Shown here: positions 30,893-41,300 of the stretch, in pieces
Numbering within the stretch: the first letter of the stretch is position 1
Layout of the letters: every line of letters begins with the position of its first letter
From: an uncultured Poribacteria bacterium
GTDB lineage: Bacteria; Poribacteria; WGA-4E; WGA-3G
DNA: 64,000 nucleotides
Direction of reading: 5' to 3'
Assembly (NCBI GenBank): GCA_951813565.1
Contig: OX638351.1
Coordinates: 3,328,001 to 3,392,000 of the forward strand
Made by a program: the position numbers and the translations under genes
The notes under the pieces: model-generated
The model's database searches: none
Seen by the model: the letters and a program-made list of their open reading frames with translations, nothing else
Told to the model about the DNA's origin: nothing

Positions 30893-31222
30893 CTATACTT
30901 TGGACAATTTTAGTTGTTTTCGTGAGGTTGGGTTAGACAGAAACATCTTAGAAATATATATAGTTTTCATATTATGCACCTGTCGCCCCGCTGGGGCTGC
31001 CCAAAAGGTATTTTTGGACGAGTTCTTTCAGCCAGCAAAATCGCAGAAAATATAAATACTATAAGATGACACCTTAGCCCCAGGGGGCGATAGGTGTATA
31101 GAAGAAGGTAATTGCCGCTGTCTAAAGCCCCCGCGGGGCGACAGGTGTCCAATATTTTGCTTTGGACACCTAACAGTTTCTCAGCAAGTCCTCAAACAGT
31201 ATGTAAATTGTCCAAACTATAG
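30893..31222. mobile_element. MITE family C with internal palindromes
   Basis: TIR CTATACTTTGGACAATTT / AAATTGTCCAAACTATAG; perfect 9-bp TSD TTCTGGTAA; internal CACCTGTCGCCCC-type inverted repeats. Confidence 0.85.
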
Positions 31223-31266
31223 TTCTGGTAAATGACTACAAGTTTAAGTAAATGTCTATTAATTTA

Positions 31267-31453
31267 ACCTAAGTTGCTACGGACAAGATTTCAAGTTAGC
31301 AAACACTGCTTTTTACTGAAAAAACAAGGCTTTTCGCTGATTCTTATGTTTTTTGTTCTAAAATCCAAATCAACACCAAATGCGCGTTTGGCATTTGGCG
31401 GGGTTAGAAACCCCTCCTACAAGAGCATTTGCGGAATAGGTGGCAACTTGGGT
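31267..31453. mobile_element. MITE family D containing a REP and a micro-hairpin unit
   Basis: TIR ACCTAAGTTGCTAC / GTGGCAACTTGGGT flanked by a TAATTTA direct repeat. Confidence 0.7.
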
Positions 31454-31893
31454 TAATTTACATGGGTTTGAAATATAAAACGTCACAATTAAATTTAATT
31501 CCGCATTAATGCAAAAAGATCAGATAAGGTGGATTTTAACGTAGGTACGGTGATAAAATTTAATTATGATGTAAAAACGTTTTGGTAGGTATATTAAACC
31601 TATTGCCAATTTGTTTCGTCTTAAAATGGGTCACACATACAGTAAACCGTCCGTCATTGCTTTTTCAAGACATGGATTGAGAAAGTATCAATAATTCCCC
31701 GATAAGGTATTAATCCCAGTAAGATATTATTTTCTTGGCACGAAACCGCAATCGTGGTGGTAGAGATTAAATGTATTGGTAAACGAAAAATTATAGTAAG
31801 TATATTTGAGCAGTTGAATTCTAAGCTATGTTAACTTACGCTGCGTCAAAAAATACTGGTTAATCTGAAAATCAATAAGGAACTATTTATACT

Positions 31894-33774
31894 ATGTACG
31901 GTGCATCACAAAAAAAATCGCTCGTTGAAGTGTTACGGGAAGCAGACCTAATTTCAGAACAGGAATATCATCAAATTCATGAGAAAATTCTGGCAGGTTG
32001 GGTAAATAATCCTATGCAATCTGACGATACAACAGACGGAGATCATCAGTCCGAATCACAAGGTTATCGGCAAATCCTGAATGAAATTGAAAAAGCTGGC
32101 GAATCCGAGGAAGCAATTATTTCCGATTATGTGTCTCCCAAAGTTCTTGAACTTGCCAAAAAAGGGCGAGAATTCGGAACACCTGTCCTACAATTAGCAG
32201 ATGTCAATCCTGAACAGGAAGCGCTCGACAAGGTAACAGCAAGTTTTGCCTATCGCAAAAAGATTGTGCCAGTGCATATTGAAAATAACGTTCTTACTGT
32301 CGCAATTGCTGATGTGCAAGATGTAATGTTAATTGATGAAATCCAATACGTCACAGAGTGTGAGATTAACATACTTCTGGCAGATGAAGACGAAATCTCA
32401 GATGCTATTGTTCGCCTCTATGGTAAAAGTGCTGCTTCGCTGCTGAGCGCAGGTATTAAAGGTCCTGTCGGCGCTGCTGCGACAATTGAACGGGAAAGAA
32501 TTGAAGACTTTGGGATTGATGAAAAGGATCTCAGCGAAGACCCGACAGTTGTTAATGCTGTTGACCAAATGATTATTGACGCTGTCCGGGCGGGGGCAAG
32601 TGATATACACATTGAACCTTATCCGGAAGAGTTGAAGATTCGGTATCGGGTTGATGGTGTTTTGGAAGATCAGGAACAACCCCCACCGTATCTCCAGTCT
32701 GCTATTACTTCGCGTGTCAAAATTATGGCTGGTATGGACGTGGCAGAACGTCGCCGACCACAAGACGGAAAGATCAATAAAGAAATCGCGAGTCTCGGCG
32801 GCGGGCGTCAGATTGACCTTCGTGTTTCTACAGTGCCTACCGTTGCTACACAGCATAGTGAAAGTGTTGTGCTACGTATTCTTGACCGTCAATCCATTGA
32901 ATTTGGGTTAGCAGAACTTGGGCTAACTGATGATAATTTTGAACTCTTTCAGCGAATGATCCATAAGCCACACGGTATTATCCTTGCGACAGGTCCCACT
33001 GGAAGTGGAAAAACAACAACACTTTATGCATGTTTGAAAGAGATCAACACGCCGCATGTCAAAATTATTACGCTTGAAGACCCAGTTGAATATGAATTAG
33101 AAGGAATAAATCAAATTCAAGTTAATCCTGATATTAGCTTTACCTTTGCAGATGGTTTACGACATATTCTACGACAAGACCCTGATAAGGTACTGGTCGG
33201 TGAGATTCGTGACCACGAAACAGCCGAAATGGCTATTCATACCTCACTCACAGGGCATCTTGTCTTCAGCACACTACACACAAATGATGCCCCAGGTGCG
33301 ATCACACGTCTGATTGATATGGGAGTTGAACCATATTTGGTTGCCTCTACAGTAGAAGGAATTATAGCACAGCGATTAGCAAGACGTGTCTGTAAAGCCT
33401 GCTGTGAAATGTATAAACCAAGTGAGAAGGAAATTGCTGGAATCTTTAACAACAACGGTGTCCATCTGCAAACCGACCTTGAAATTCCACGCGCAAACGA
33501 TGATGGTTGCAAAGAATGTCGTGGTAGAGGCTATAGGGGTAGAATAGGCATTTTTGAAGTTATTTTTATGTCTGAAGAACTACGAGCGTTGGCACTTGAG
33601 CAGCCTTCAACAAGTGAACTTCGTCGTCTCGCTGTGAAATTAGGTATGAAAAGTTTACGTGAAGACGGGTGGCGAAAGGTTGTTTCAGGATTAACAACGA
33701 TTGATGAAATTCTGCGGCTCACCCAAGAAGATGTATACGATTTTGATGAGGATGATCAGAGCACTGCTGAATAA
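31894..33774 (+). CDS. gspE: Type II secretion/type IV pilus assembly ATPase
   Basis: 'ASDIHIEP', GPTGSGKTTT, 'EDPVE', 'LRQDPD...GEIRD', 'STLHTND', Cys zinc motif. Confidence 0.93.
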   Translation: MYGASQKKSLVEVLREADLISEQEYHQIHEKILAGWVNNPMQSDDTTDGDHQSESQGYRQILNEIEKAGESEEAIISDYVSPKVLELAKKGREFGTPVLQLADVNPEQEALDKVTASFAYRKKIVPVHIENNVLTVAIADVQDVMLIDEIQYVTECEINILLADEDEISDAIVRLYGKSAASLLSAGIKGPVGAAATIERERIEDFGIDEKDLSEDPTVVNAVDQMIIDAVRAGASDIHIEPYPEELKIRYRVDGVLEDQEQPPPYLQSAITSRVKIMAGMDVAERRRPQDGKINKEIASLGGGRQIDLRVSTVPTVATQHSESVVLRILDRQSIEFGLAELGLTDDNFELFQRMIHKPHGIILATGPTGSGKTTTLYACLKEINTPHVKIITLEDPVEYELEGINQIQVNPDISFTFADGLRHILRQDPDKVLVGEIRDHETAEMAIHTSLTGHLVFSTLHTNDAPGAITRLIDMGVEPYLVASTVEGIIAQRLARRVCKACCEMYKPSEKEIAGIFNNNGVHLQTDLEIPRANDDGCKECRGRGYRGRIGIFEVIFMSEELRALALEQPSTSELRRLAVKLGMKSLREDGWRKVVSGLTTIDEILRLTQEDVYDFDEDDQSTAE

Positions 33775-33801
33775 GGGCAGTGATAAACGAAGGTATAATT
33801 C

Positions 33802-33870
33802 GTAAGTTGGGTAGAGCGAAACCTAACTTTGAGATTATTGTTGGGTTTCGCGTTTTTCAACCCAATTTAC
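33802..33870. repeat. REP-doublet-like palindrome between gspE and gspF
   Basis: GTAAGTTGGGT...ACCCAATTTAC enclosing GCGAAACCTAAC / GTTGGGTTTCGC. Confidence 0.6.
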
Positions 33871-33887
33871 ACTACAAGAGATTGAGT

Positions 33888-35114
33888 ATGCCAAGATTTC
33901 AATATGAAGCTATCACCTATACAGGTGCTACAGTCAACAATACCTTAGAAGCAGACTCTAAAGTCGAACTTATTGCGCAATTGCGGCAGATGGGATACTG
34001 GCCAACACAGATTGTGGAGGAAGGTGAAGCGCTTGAAACTAAAGCGAAACGGATATTTAATATCGGAACGCGCAAAATCAAGTCGGCTGAAGTAGAATTT
34101 TTCACCTACCAGTTAGCAGCGTTGATTAACGCCCACGTTGCACTCCCTCGTGCTTTAGAGGTAACATTAGAACAGATTACGAATCCGGAATTGAACCGCA
34201 TTATTTCGCAGGTTAAATACGATGTTGAACATGGTGCAACGTTTAACGATGCATTGAACCAACATCCAAAGGTCTTTACCGAACTTTATGTTAACATGGT
34301 CAAGGCGGGTGAAGCTGGCGGTGTATTAGGAGAAGTTTTGGAACGGTTGGCAGAGTTTGCAGAGCGGCAGCGCGTTCTCAAAAACCAAGTTGTTTCAGCG
34401 CTGTTCTACCCAGCAATTCTTTTCGGATTGATGGTAACTGCTGTCATAGTTCTAATGGTACTGGTTATTCCTAAATTCACAGCCATGTTCCTTGAATTTG
34501 ATGCTGATCTGCCGCTTCCAACTCAAATCTTGATTTCAATATCGGATGCATTTGCAAATTTTTGGTGGGTAGGTTTGCTCGCTATTAGTATTATTGCAAC
34601 GGTCCTCCGACAGTACCTGCGCACAGAAAATGGAAAGGTAATGCTTGATCGGATTAAACTTAAAATCCCACTTGTCGGACCGGTTTTTGGCACATTTGCT
34701 ATTGTTCGGTTTACGCGTACTATGGCGACACTTCTGGAAAACGGAGTACGCATGCTCCCTGCTTTACAAGTTGTTAAGGATACTATTGGAAATAAGGTTT
34801 ACAGTAATATTATCTCAGAAGCAGAAAAAGAGGTAGAACAAGGTTCCACACTTTCACGCGAATTAGGGCAGAGCAAGGACTTCCCTACTCTCGTAACCCA
34901 CATGATCGCTGTAGGTGAAGAATCTGGTGAACCTGTCACCATGTTGTCAAAATTGTCTGAATACTACGACATGGAAATCAAGAAGAATCTGGAACGTTTG
35001 ACGAGTTCAATTAGTCCCTTGGTAATTTTAATTATGGGTTTGCTTATCGGTTTCATTGCTGTCGCGATGATTCTGCCTATCTTTGAAGCACAACAAGCAT
35101 TAGGTGGCGGTTAA
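33888..35114 (+). CDS. gspF: T2SS inner-membrane platform protein
   Basis: 'MPRFQYEA', 'MVKAGEAGGVL', 'ALFYP', 'MIAVGEESG', three TM segments. Confidence 0.92.
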   Translation: MPRFQYEAITYTGATVNNTLEADSKVELIAQLRQMGYWPTQIVEEGEALETKAKRIFNIGTRKIKSAEVEFFTYQLAALINAHVALPRALEVTLEQITNPELNRIISQVKYDVEHGATFNDALNQHPKVFTELYVNMVKAGEAGGVLGEVLERLAEFAERQRVLKNQVVSALFYPAILFGLMVTAVIVLMVLVIPKFTAMFLEFDADLPLPTQILISISDAFANFWWVGLLAISIIATVLRQYLRTENGKVMLDRIKLKIPLVGPVFGTFAIVRFTRTMATLLENGVRMLPALQVVKDTIGNKVYSNIISEAEKEVEQGSTLSRELGQSKDFPTLVTHMIAVGEESGEPVTMLSKLSEYYDMEIKKNLERLTSSISPLVILIMGLLIGFIAVAMILPIFEAQQALGGG

Positions 35115-35254
35115 TGCTAAACGCCAACTTTTGAAAGTCAATTTTCCTAAACTATCATGAGAGTTATTTGTCTAAATGGATAGACACAAGTTGTTTGTAT
35201 AGTCAGAAAAAACCAGAACACGAAGTTCTGCATACTAAAAAGGAGTTAAACTAA

Positions 35255-35710
35255 ATGTTTAAGCAACTTAGAACTGACGAATCAGGGTTAACCCTAATTG
35301 AGTTGACAATTGTTATCGTCATTTTGGGTATTTTAGCGGCGTTTATCGCCCCAAGAATTGTAAATGCCCCACAAAAAGCAAAAGTTGCAAAAGCACGTAT
35401 AGAAATCGGCAATCTTAAAACGGCCCTGCAGCTTTATGCTACCGAGGTTGGTGAGTATCCGACCACAGAACAAGGTTTAAATGCACTATGGCGTGCACCG
35501 AGCCCAACACCTCCGAGTTGGGGTGGTCCTTACCTTGACCAGCAGCTTACAAACGATCCATGGGGTAATCCTTATGTTTACCGCAATCCGGGCACCCAAT
35601 ATGGGTACGATTATGATTTGCTGTCTTACGGTAAAGATGGTAAGTTAGGAGGTGTTGAGCTTGACGCGGACATCACCAACTATATTCAAGATGAATCTGC
35701 GATTAAGTAG
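35255..35710 (+). CDS. gspG: T2SS major pseudopilin
   Basis: Prepilin site G|LTLIEL; 'YPTTEQGLNAL', 'WGGPYL', 'DPWGNPYVY..PG', 'SYGKDG'. Confidence 0.93.
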   Translation: MFKQLRTDESGLTLIELTIVIVILGILAAFIAPRIVNAPQKAKVAKARIEIGNLKTALQLYATEVGEYPTTEQGLNALWRAPSPTPPSWGGPYLDQQLTNDPWGNPYVYRNPGTQYGYDYDLLSYGKDGKLGGVELDADITNYIQDESAIK

Positions 35711-35741
35711 ATTGCTATCTTTTTCTGATAGGGACTCCAGC

Positions 35742-36365
35742 ATGTTGATAAATTTCCGAAGCCGAATTGTTTCGCGCGGTGAAGAAGGTTTTAGTCTGAT
35801 GGAAATTATGCTGGTATTTGCTATTATTGCTGTTTTGTCTTCCATGTCTATGCCGGCGATGCGGGGATTTGCCGCATCGCGTAGGCTAAAAACCTCCGCA
35901 CAGGCAATTACTGACACGCTCGCGTTTGCGCGTGATATAGCAATTACTGAAAAAACTACACATCTTGTTGTTTTTGATGTTGACAGCAGTAGATATTGGT
36001 TGGCTTCAACCGAAACTTTTGATGTTCAAAATCCTATTGCTTCAGCAGGGAGAGCTGCTAACACTGCTACTTCAGCGAATGGACAAGCGGTGATATCACG
36101 GTCGAGTGGTATTATGGGAATTCCGCAACCGCTCAGCCAAGGTATTACGATTGCAGCTTTACTTACAGCGCACAACGGTGTAACGCAACAAATTACTTCT
36201 GGTGTGGATTACGTCTATTTTTCTCCAACTTCAACATCAGTGGATACCGTCGTATATCTCAGAAATGTTAGAGGAAACGCAATTGCAATCACTGTTGAGG
36301 CAACAACTGGACGCGCCACCATTCAAGAAATGTCACCTGAACAGATTCAAACGTTGGGTTTATAG
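35742..36365 (+). CDS. gspH: Minor pseudopilin, GspH/FimT-like
   Basis: G|FSLMEIMLV; 'LAFARDIAI'; position after gspG. Confidence 0.75.
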   Translation: MLINFRSRIVSRGEEGFSLMEIMLVFAIIAVLSSMSMPAMRGFAASRRLKTSAQAITDTLAFARDIAITEKTTHLVVFDVDSSRYWLASTETFDVQNPIASAGRAANTATSANGQAVISRSSGIMGIPQPLSQGITIAALLTAHNGVTQQITSGVDYVYFSPTSTSVDTVVYLRNVRGNAIAITVEATTGRATIQEMSPEQIQTLGL

Positions 36366-36378
36366 GATAATTTATAAA

Positions 36379-36789
36379 ATGACAAAACGATCAATTTTCT
36401 GCCGTGAAGACGGGTTCACTTTTGCCGAAATCCTTGTAACTATAGCAATTATGGCTGCTGTATTGCCAGCACTTTTAAAGGTGTTTAGTGATACATCTCG
36501 CAACGTGTCTCTTGCAGATAATAGAATGACAGCACTCTATCTGCTCAAATATCAGATGGCACAAATTGAAATGCAAGGTTACCCAGAGGTTGGACAGCAG
36601 AGTGATGTGTTTGGAGGTGATTCCATCTATCAGTGGCAATCTGTGGTATCAGATATAGAATCTGATGAAATAATTGGACTCCGGAGGATTGAGTTAACTA
36701 TTGCTTGGGAACATTTGGGAAGGCCGCAATCAATTAGTATGTACACCTATATAGCTAACAGGGAAATCCAACAAACACAAAGCCAATAA
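36379..36789 (+). CDS. gspI: Minor pseudopilin, GspI-like
   Basis: G|FTFAEILVT; short; 'YQWQSVV', 'LRRIELTIAW'. Confidence 0.75.
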   Translation: MTKRSIFCREDGFTFAEILVTIAIMAAVLPALLKVFSDTSRNVSLADNRMTALYLLKYQMAQIEMQGYPEVGQQSDVFGGDSIYQWQSVVSDIESDEIIGLRRIELTIAWEHLGRPQSISMYTYIANREIQQTQSQ

Positions 36790-36838
36790 AACAAAGCATT
36801 TGCTGTCTAAAAAGACAGTTGATGTGGAACACTGAGTT

Positions 36839-37705
36839 ATGCGAAATCTAATAAAAAAGTGTGAGAGCGGACTTACCCTCGTTGAAATGCTGACTGCTGT
36901 CAGTATTATCGTTATTATGGGTGGTTCCACTTACGCTGTTTTCAATACGGCTATAAAAGCATACCACCGCACCCAATCAAAATTGATTCAAGCACAACGT
37001 TGTCGTGTTGCTATGGATCACATAGTCACAGATTTGAGTCAGATGCAGGCGGATACATCTGACGAAATGTTAGTTCTCTATTCCGAAGACGTCCCCACTC
37101 CATCAGGCGATAGAGATATTCTCAGTTTTGTGACACTGATAAAGACCGATCCCGACCTATTTGTAGCGCAGCACAACGCTTCAATTATAGAGCTTTTGAG
37201 CGATGTACGCCGCGTCGCTTATTATGTTGGGCCAAAGATTCCTATTGAAGAGTTGCGGATCGGGCCTGTTGTTCCACCGCCTCATACTGGAACAGAAAAA
37301 CCTGGGCAAGACACTGCCGCTCTGGAAGAAAACCTCACACTCTATCGCATTGTGACGACAGCACTGAACCCAGAATTAGTTATTAGCGCATTTATGGACA
37401 CAGGAACAGTTCCAACAGTAGATGAAAATGGCATGCCGATTCACTTTAGGGTGGATGCACTAATTGATGGAATTATCAACTTCGATTTCAAGTATCTTGA
37501 TGAAGAAGCAGTATATGAATCTTGGGATCAACCAGACACAATTCCGCTTGGTGTCCAAGTGCTGATTTCCGTAATAGATGAAGATAGGCAAGAATCACCA
37601 TCAACGCAAACTTTTGCGCAGAACCCAGGCGCTATAATACAAGGTGCATTAACACAATCAACTATGGTATATCTGCCTGCAAGCGCAAACGCCTCGGAAC
37701 AGTAA
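36839..37705 (+). CDS. gspJ: Minor pseudopilin, GspJ-like
   Basis: G|LTLVEMLTA; 'RRVAYYV'; 'FDFKYLD....ESWD...IPLGVQV'. Confidence 0.75.
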   Translation: MRNLIKKCESGLTLVEMLTAVSIIVIMGGSTYAVFNTAIKAYHRTQSKLIQAQRCRVAMDHIVTDLSQMQADTSDEMLVLYSEDVPTPSGDRDILSFVTLIKTDPDLFVAQHNASIIELLSDVRRVAYYVGPKIPIEELRIGPVVPPPHTGTEKPGQDTAALEENLTLYRIVTTALNPELVISAFMDTGTVPTVDENGMPIHFRVDALIDGIINFDFKYLDEEAVYESWDQPDTIPLGVQVLISVIDEDRQESPSTQTFAQNPGAIIQGALTQSTMVYLPASANASEQ

Positions 37706-37789
37706 AAACGGTGAATTTCAAATTAGGATATTGAGGTCATTTTTGCTGCCAACATGTTTTACTTTCAGAAAGAAGTTTAAGGATAACCG

Positions 37790-39391
37790 ATGAAAGAATA
37801 TCGTAATAATTCATTTAGGTATAGAAACAAATATACCCATCGGCAGATGAAACAGTCGGTATTAACGATTTTCTGCTTTCGCGATGCGAACGGGTTATCG
37901 CTTGTTTCAACGCTTTGGATTCTAACGATCCTTTCTGTCTTGGCGATGCAGTTGCTCTATTCATTTCAGCTTGAAAACAACGCGCAGCGCAACTTTGTGG
38001 ACAGGGAGAAATATCACTACGCAGCTAAAGCGGGGTTTGAATGGGGTGTCGCAAAATTGGGAATGGATGAAACTAATTTCGACTCGCTTGGGGAAACTTG
38101 GGCGGAACCGGTTCAACAGCAGATTGATGATGGCATACAAACGGGTAACTTGTTAACCTACCAGGTAGCCATAATTGATGAAGCATCAAAAATTAACATC
38201 AACACTGCAGGGGAAGACCTTATACGTAATCTACTCTCGTTTTTAGGTGTTCAACCAGAAAATAATGAAACTGGTGATCTTGCAGTTCGGATCGTTGAAG
38301 GACGTCCATACCGAACCGTCCGTGATGTGGCAAAAGTTGAAGGGATGACCATGGAAATCCTTTATGGCATTCAGCAGCAAGCTGTAGCGGAACCGGTAAC
38401 AAGTGAGTCTGAAAGTATTCTGCAACAACCGCCATCACTAACTACAACGAGCATTGGGGGACTCGTTAATATGGCAACGGTCTATTCCGTTGACGCGAAT
38501 ACTGATGCAAATGGACAGCAACGTGTCAATATCAATACAGCAAATGCACAGCAGCTAACACAAATTCGCGGAAATAATAATCAGTCTGTTTTCACACAAG
38601 CTGAGGCAAATGCAGTTATCCAACAACGCGACTTTAGCGGACTTTCTGCCCTATTAGATGTTCCAGCTATATCAGATCAGGTATTTAATAATATTAGTTC
38701 AAACATCACAGTTGAAGACAAAGCGCCAGAAAATAATAATAATAATGGTGAAGAGAATCAAAATGGTGGTAGAAACGAAGGTTTTGGTGGAAATGGTGGC
38801 GGCAACAATCAAGAGCCCGAGGATGAGTTAATAAATATTAATACGGCTGACTCAGATGAACTACAAGAACTTCAAGGAATTGATAAGGGAATTGCTGATC
38901 GGATTGTCGCACACCGCGATTCTCAAGGGTCGTTCCAAAATATTAATGCTATTAGGGATGTTAAGGTAATGACAGTACAAGAATTCGCTGGAATTGTTGA
39001 CAAAATTGCGATCAAAGATGGTCAAACTGTCGAAGGATTAGTAAATATAAATACTGCCCCCTTGGAGATTTTACAGTTGTTGCCAGGAATGGATCAACAG
39101 AAAGCACAAGCAATCATCACTTGGCGTGAACAAGAAAACCCTGATGATCAGAGCAACACTGAAAATCCCGTCCGAGGTACCCCTTTCAACAATCTTTCGC
39201 AACTATTACAAGTTGAAGGAGTTGATACACAATCTTTCCGACAAGTTGTTGACTGGGTCACGTATCGTTCGCACGGATATCGTATTGAATCTGCTGCGGT
39301 TGATCTGAACGGAAAAATTATAGCAACATATCGTGGCATCGTTGTGCGCAACGGAAGCCAATTGAATGTCACATATTGGCGACAGGATTAG
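37790..39391 (+). CDS. gspK: GspK-like pseudopilin with multiple ComEA-type helix-hairpin-helix repeats
   Basis: G|LSLVSTLW (no Glu+5); 'IIDEASKININ'; four 'NINTA' repeats; C-terminal 'YRSHGYRIES'. The start may be ATG 37847. Confidence 0.78.
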   Translation: MKEYRNNSFRYRNKYTHRQMKQSVLTIFCFRDANGLSLVSTLWILTILSVLAMQLLYSFQLENNAQRNFVDREKYHYAAKAGFEWGVAKLGMDETNFDSLGETWAEPVQQQIDDGIQTGNLLTYQVAIIDEASKININTAGEDLIRNLLSFLGVQPENNETGDLAVRIVEGRPYRTVRDVAKVEGMTMEILYGIQQQAVAEPVTSESESILQQPPSLTTTSIGGLVNMATVYSVDANTDANGQQRVNINTANAQQLTQIRGNNNQSVFTQAEANAVIQQRDFSGLSALLDVPAISDQVFNNISSNITVEDKAPENNNNNGEENQNGGRNEGFGGNGGGNNQEPEDELININTADSDELQELQGIDKGIADRIVAHRDSQGSFQNINAIRDVKVMTVQEFAGIVDKIAIKDGQTVEGLVNINTAPLEILQLLPGMDQQKAQAIITWREQENPDDQSNTENPVRGTPFNNLSQLLQVEGVDTQSFRQVVDWVTYRSHGYRIESAAVDLNGKIIATYRGIVVRNGSQLNVTYWRQD

Positions 39392-39430
39392 TAAGAGAAA
39401 CTACCGAAAAATAAAATGAGGCTTTAACAG

Positions 39431-41161
39431 ATGGCAAAAAATCAAGTTGTAGCAATTGATATAGGATTAGCCACAGCAAAGATTGTATATATCGAAAAAA
39501 TTTCAGGTGTCCCGCATTTAATTAACGCGAGTGTTATCCAGTACACAGACCCTGACAATCCTCAACACATCTCTGAAGTTGTACGGAATCTGTGGAAACA
39601 GATTGGAATCAAGCAAACCTTTTTCAATAAACATAAAATCGAAGTTGCAATTGCATTGCCTCGTGGCTCTGTTGTTCCCAAACGTCTATTCAACTTACCA
39701 CCAGGGACAACGGATGCACAGTTACCTTCCATTGTGGAAATGGCAGCGGAAACAGAGATACCGTTTCAAACAGAAGAGTCTGTTTTTACGTACCACGACA
39801 TTCAACGGACACCAGATTCTCTTTCGGTCGAATTAGTTTCGGCCCGTCGCGATACAGTGACACGCTACATGGAATATCTGAAGGAAATAGGTGTTACACC
39901 TTCAGCAGTGATTCCTTCCATGTTAGCCATAGCGGATGTTACCCGCAACGCATTATCTGATACCTCAGGTCGTACGATCATCGTTGATATTGGGGCAGGA
40001 AATACAGTTTTCTGTTTAATGCATGGAAACACGCTGCAATTTTCGCGTGGGTTTAATGTCAGTGGTAACCAATTGACGAGAACCTTGATGACGGAAATGC
40101 AGTTGGATGCCGAAACAGCAGAACAGGAAAAACAACAAATTCCTGCCAATCAAGCACCTACTCGGACCTGGACAAGACGTTTCGTTGAAGAGTTGGACCG
40201 TTCTATCACAGCAGCACAACGGGAAATTGGCGAAGATGAAGTTGAAGATATTTCAGAAATCTGGTTATGTGGTGGTGGTGCACGCGTTCCAGAATTGGCA
40301 GAAACTTGTCAAGAACAACTTCAAATCCCAACCAGGCTTTGGAACCCGCTCTATGCTGACGCATTAGACACAAGCAGTGCGCCAACATCGGCACTTGAAA
40401 CATACGGTGATGTGCTAGCTGTTCCTTTGGGAGTTGGAATACATCTTTTAGAAGCTGAAGAACCTGTTTCGCTTTTACCGACCGAAGTCGGTGTGAAACG
40501 GGCAGAATCTTCGCGCAAACACCAACAACTGATTGCAGCGGGTATTGCGGGTTTCGTACTTCTCGTAATTGTTCTTTGTGGGATTACATGGAGCCGATCT
40601 CAAAAATCCAAAGTAGCCTTATTAGACAATCAGGTAGCGACCTTTGGGGCACTACAATCTGAAGCTAATACCCAACTTGCCCGTGAACTGATTTTGGCAG
40701 ATAAATTAACCCATCAAATTTCTCCGTTAGATATTTTACATGCCCTTAGCACGCTTTTTAAAGATAGAACAAAAGTTGCATGGAAAACTTTTGAGGTCAA
40801 CAATTTAGATGACCTACAGAAAACACGTATTAACTTTAGTTTACAAGCAAATTCGTATGATTCTATTAACTCTATGCATGGTGTACTTAGCAGTTCAAAA
40901 CTTTTTAGTAACATTGAGGTGGGTGAAATTGCGCCAACCGGTGACGAACGGAGACCGACGTTTGAATTAAAAATAAACTGCCGATTGTCACCCGAAGCGA
41001 CACAAATGTTTGCACAAAAGAGATATCCGAAACCTGTTATTGAAATTATTACAGAGATAGCGGAGGAGGACATCATCGTTTTGCCGCCACCTGCGGGAGA
41101 CGTTGACGTTTCACCGCCATCTGAAAAATATGAAGACTCAAAAGAAGAAAACAAAGAATAA
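39431..41161 (+). CDS. PilM-like actin-fold protein fused to a PilN/GspL-like membrane/periplasmic domain
   Basis: 'VAIDIG', 'IVDIGAGNT', 'IWLCGGGARVP', then a TM segment and a periplasmic domain. Confidence 0.8.
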   Translation: MAKNQVVAIDIGLATAKIVYIEKISGVPHLINASVIQYTDPDNPQHISEVVRNLWKQIGIKQTFFNKHKIEVAIALPRGSVVPKRLFNLPPGTTDAQLPSIVEMAAETEIPFQTEESVFTYHDIQRTPDSLSVELVSARRDTVTRYMEYLKEIGVTPSAVIPSMLAIADVTRNALSDTSGRTIIVDIGAGNTVFCLMHGNTLQFSRGFNVSGNQLTRTLMTEMQLDAETAEQEKQQIPANQAPTRTWTRRFVEELDRSITAAQREIGEDEVEDISEIWLCGGGARVPELAETCQEQLQIPTRLWNPLYADALDTSSAPTSALETYGDVLAVPLGVGIHLLEAEEPVSLLPTEVGVKRAESSRKHQQLIAAGIAGFVLLVIVLCGITWSRSQKSKVALLDNQVATFGALQSEANTQLARELILADKLTHQISPLDILHALSTLFKDRTKVAWKTFEVNNLDDLQKTRINFSLQANSYDSINSMHGVLSSSKLFSNIEVGEIAPTGDERRPTFELKINCRLSPEATQMFAQKRYPKPVIEIITEIAEEDIIVLPPPAGDVDVSPPSEKYEDSKEENKE

Positions 41162-41300
41162 AACTAACTTGCTTACATTCTGCAATTATAGTGGATAAAA
41201 AAAGTAGACACCGTCTGTAATCGCGCAGATCAGGGTGTTAACTTTAAAATCTACTATAGGTTGGCAGATAAACCTATAAAAGTAGGTAAGGAAACAAAAA

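Noticed and set aside
31629..31700. c-di-GMP-I riboswitch-like start (GGTCACAC...AAACC) upstream of gspE
   Set aside because: It lacks the GAAA tetraloop and the GCAAA/P3 elements; the resemblance is superficial.
33780..33887. Longer GTG-start N-terminus for gspF
   Set aside because: It overlaps a REP-like palindrome; the typical 'MPxFxY' start is at 33888.
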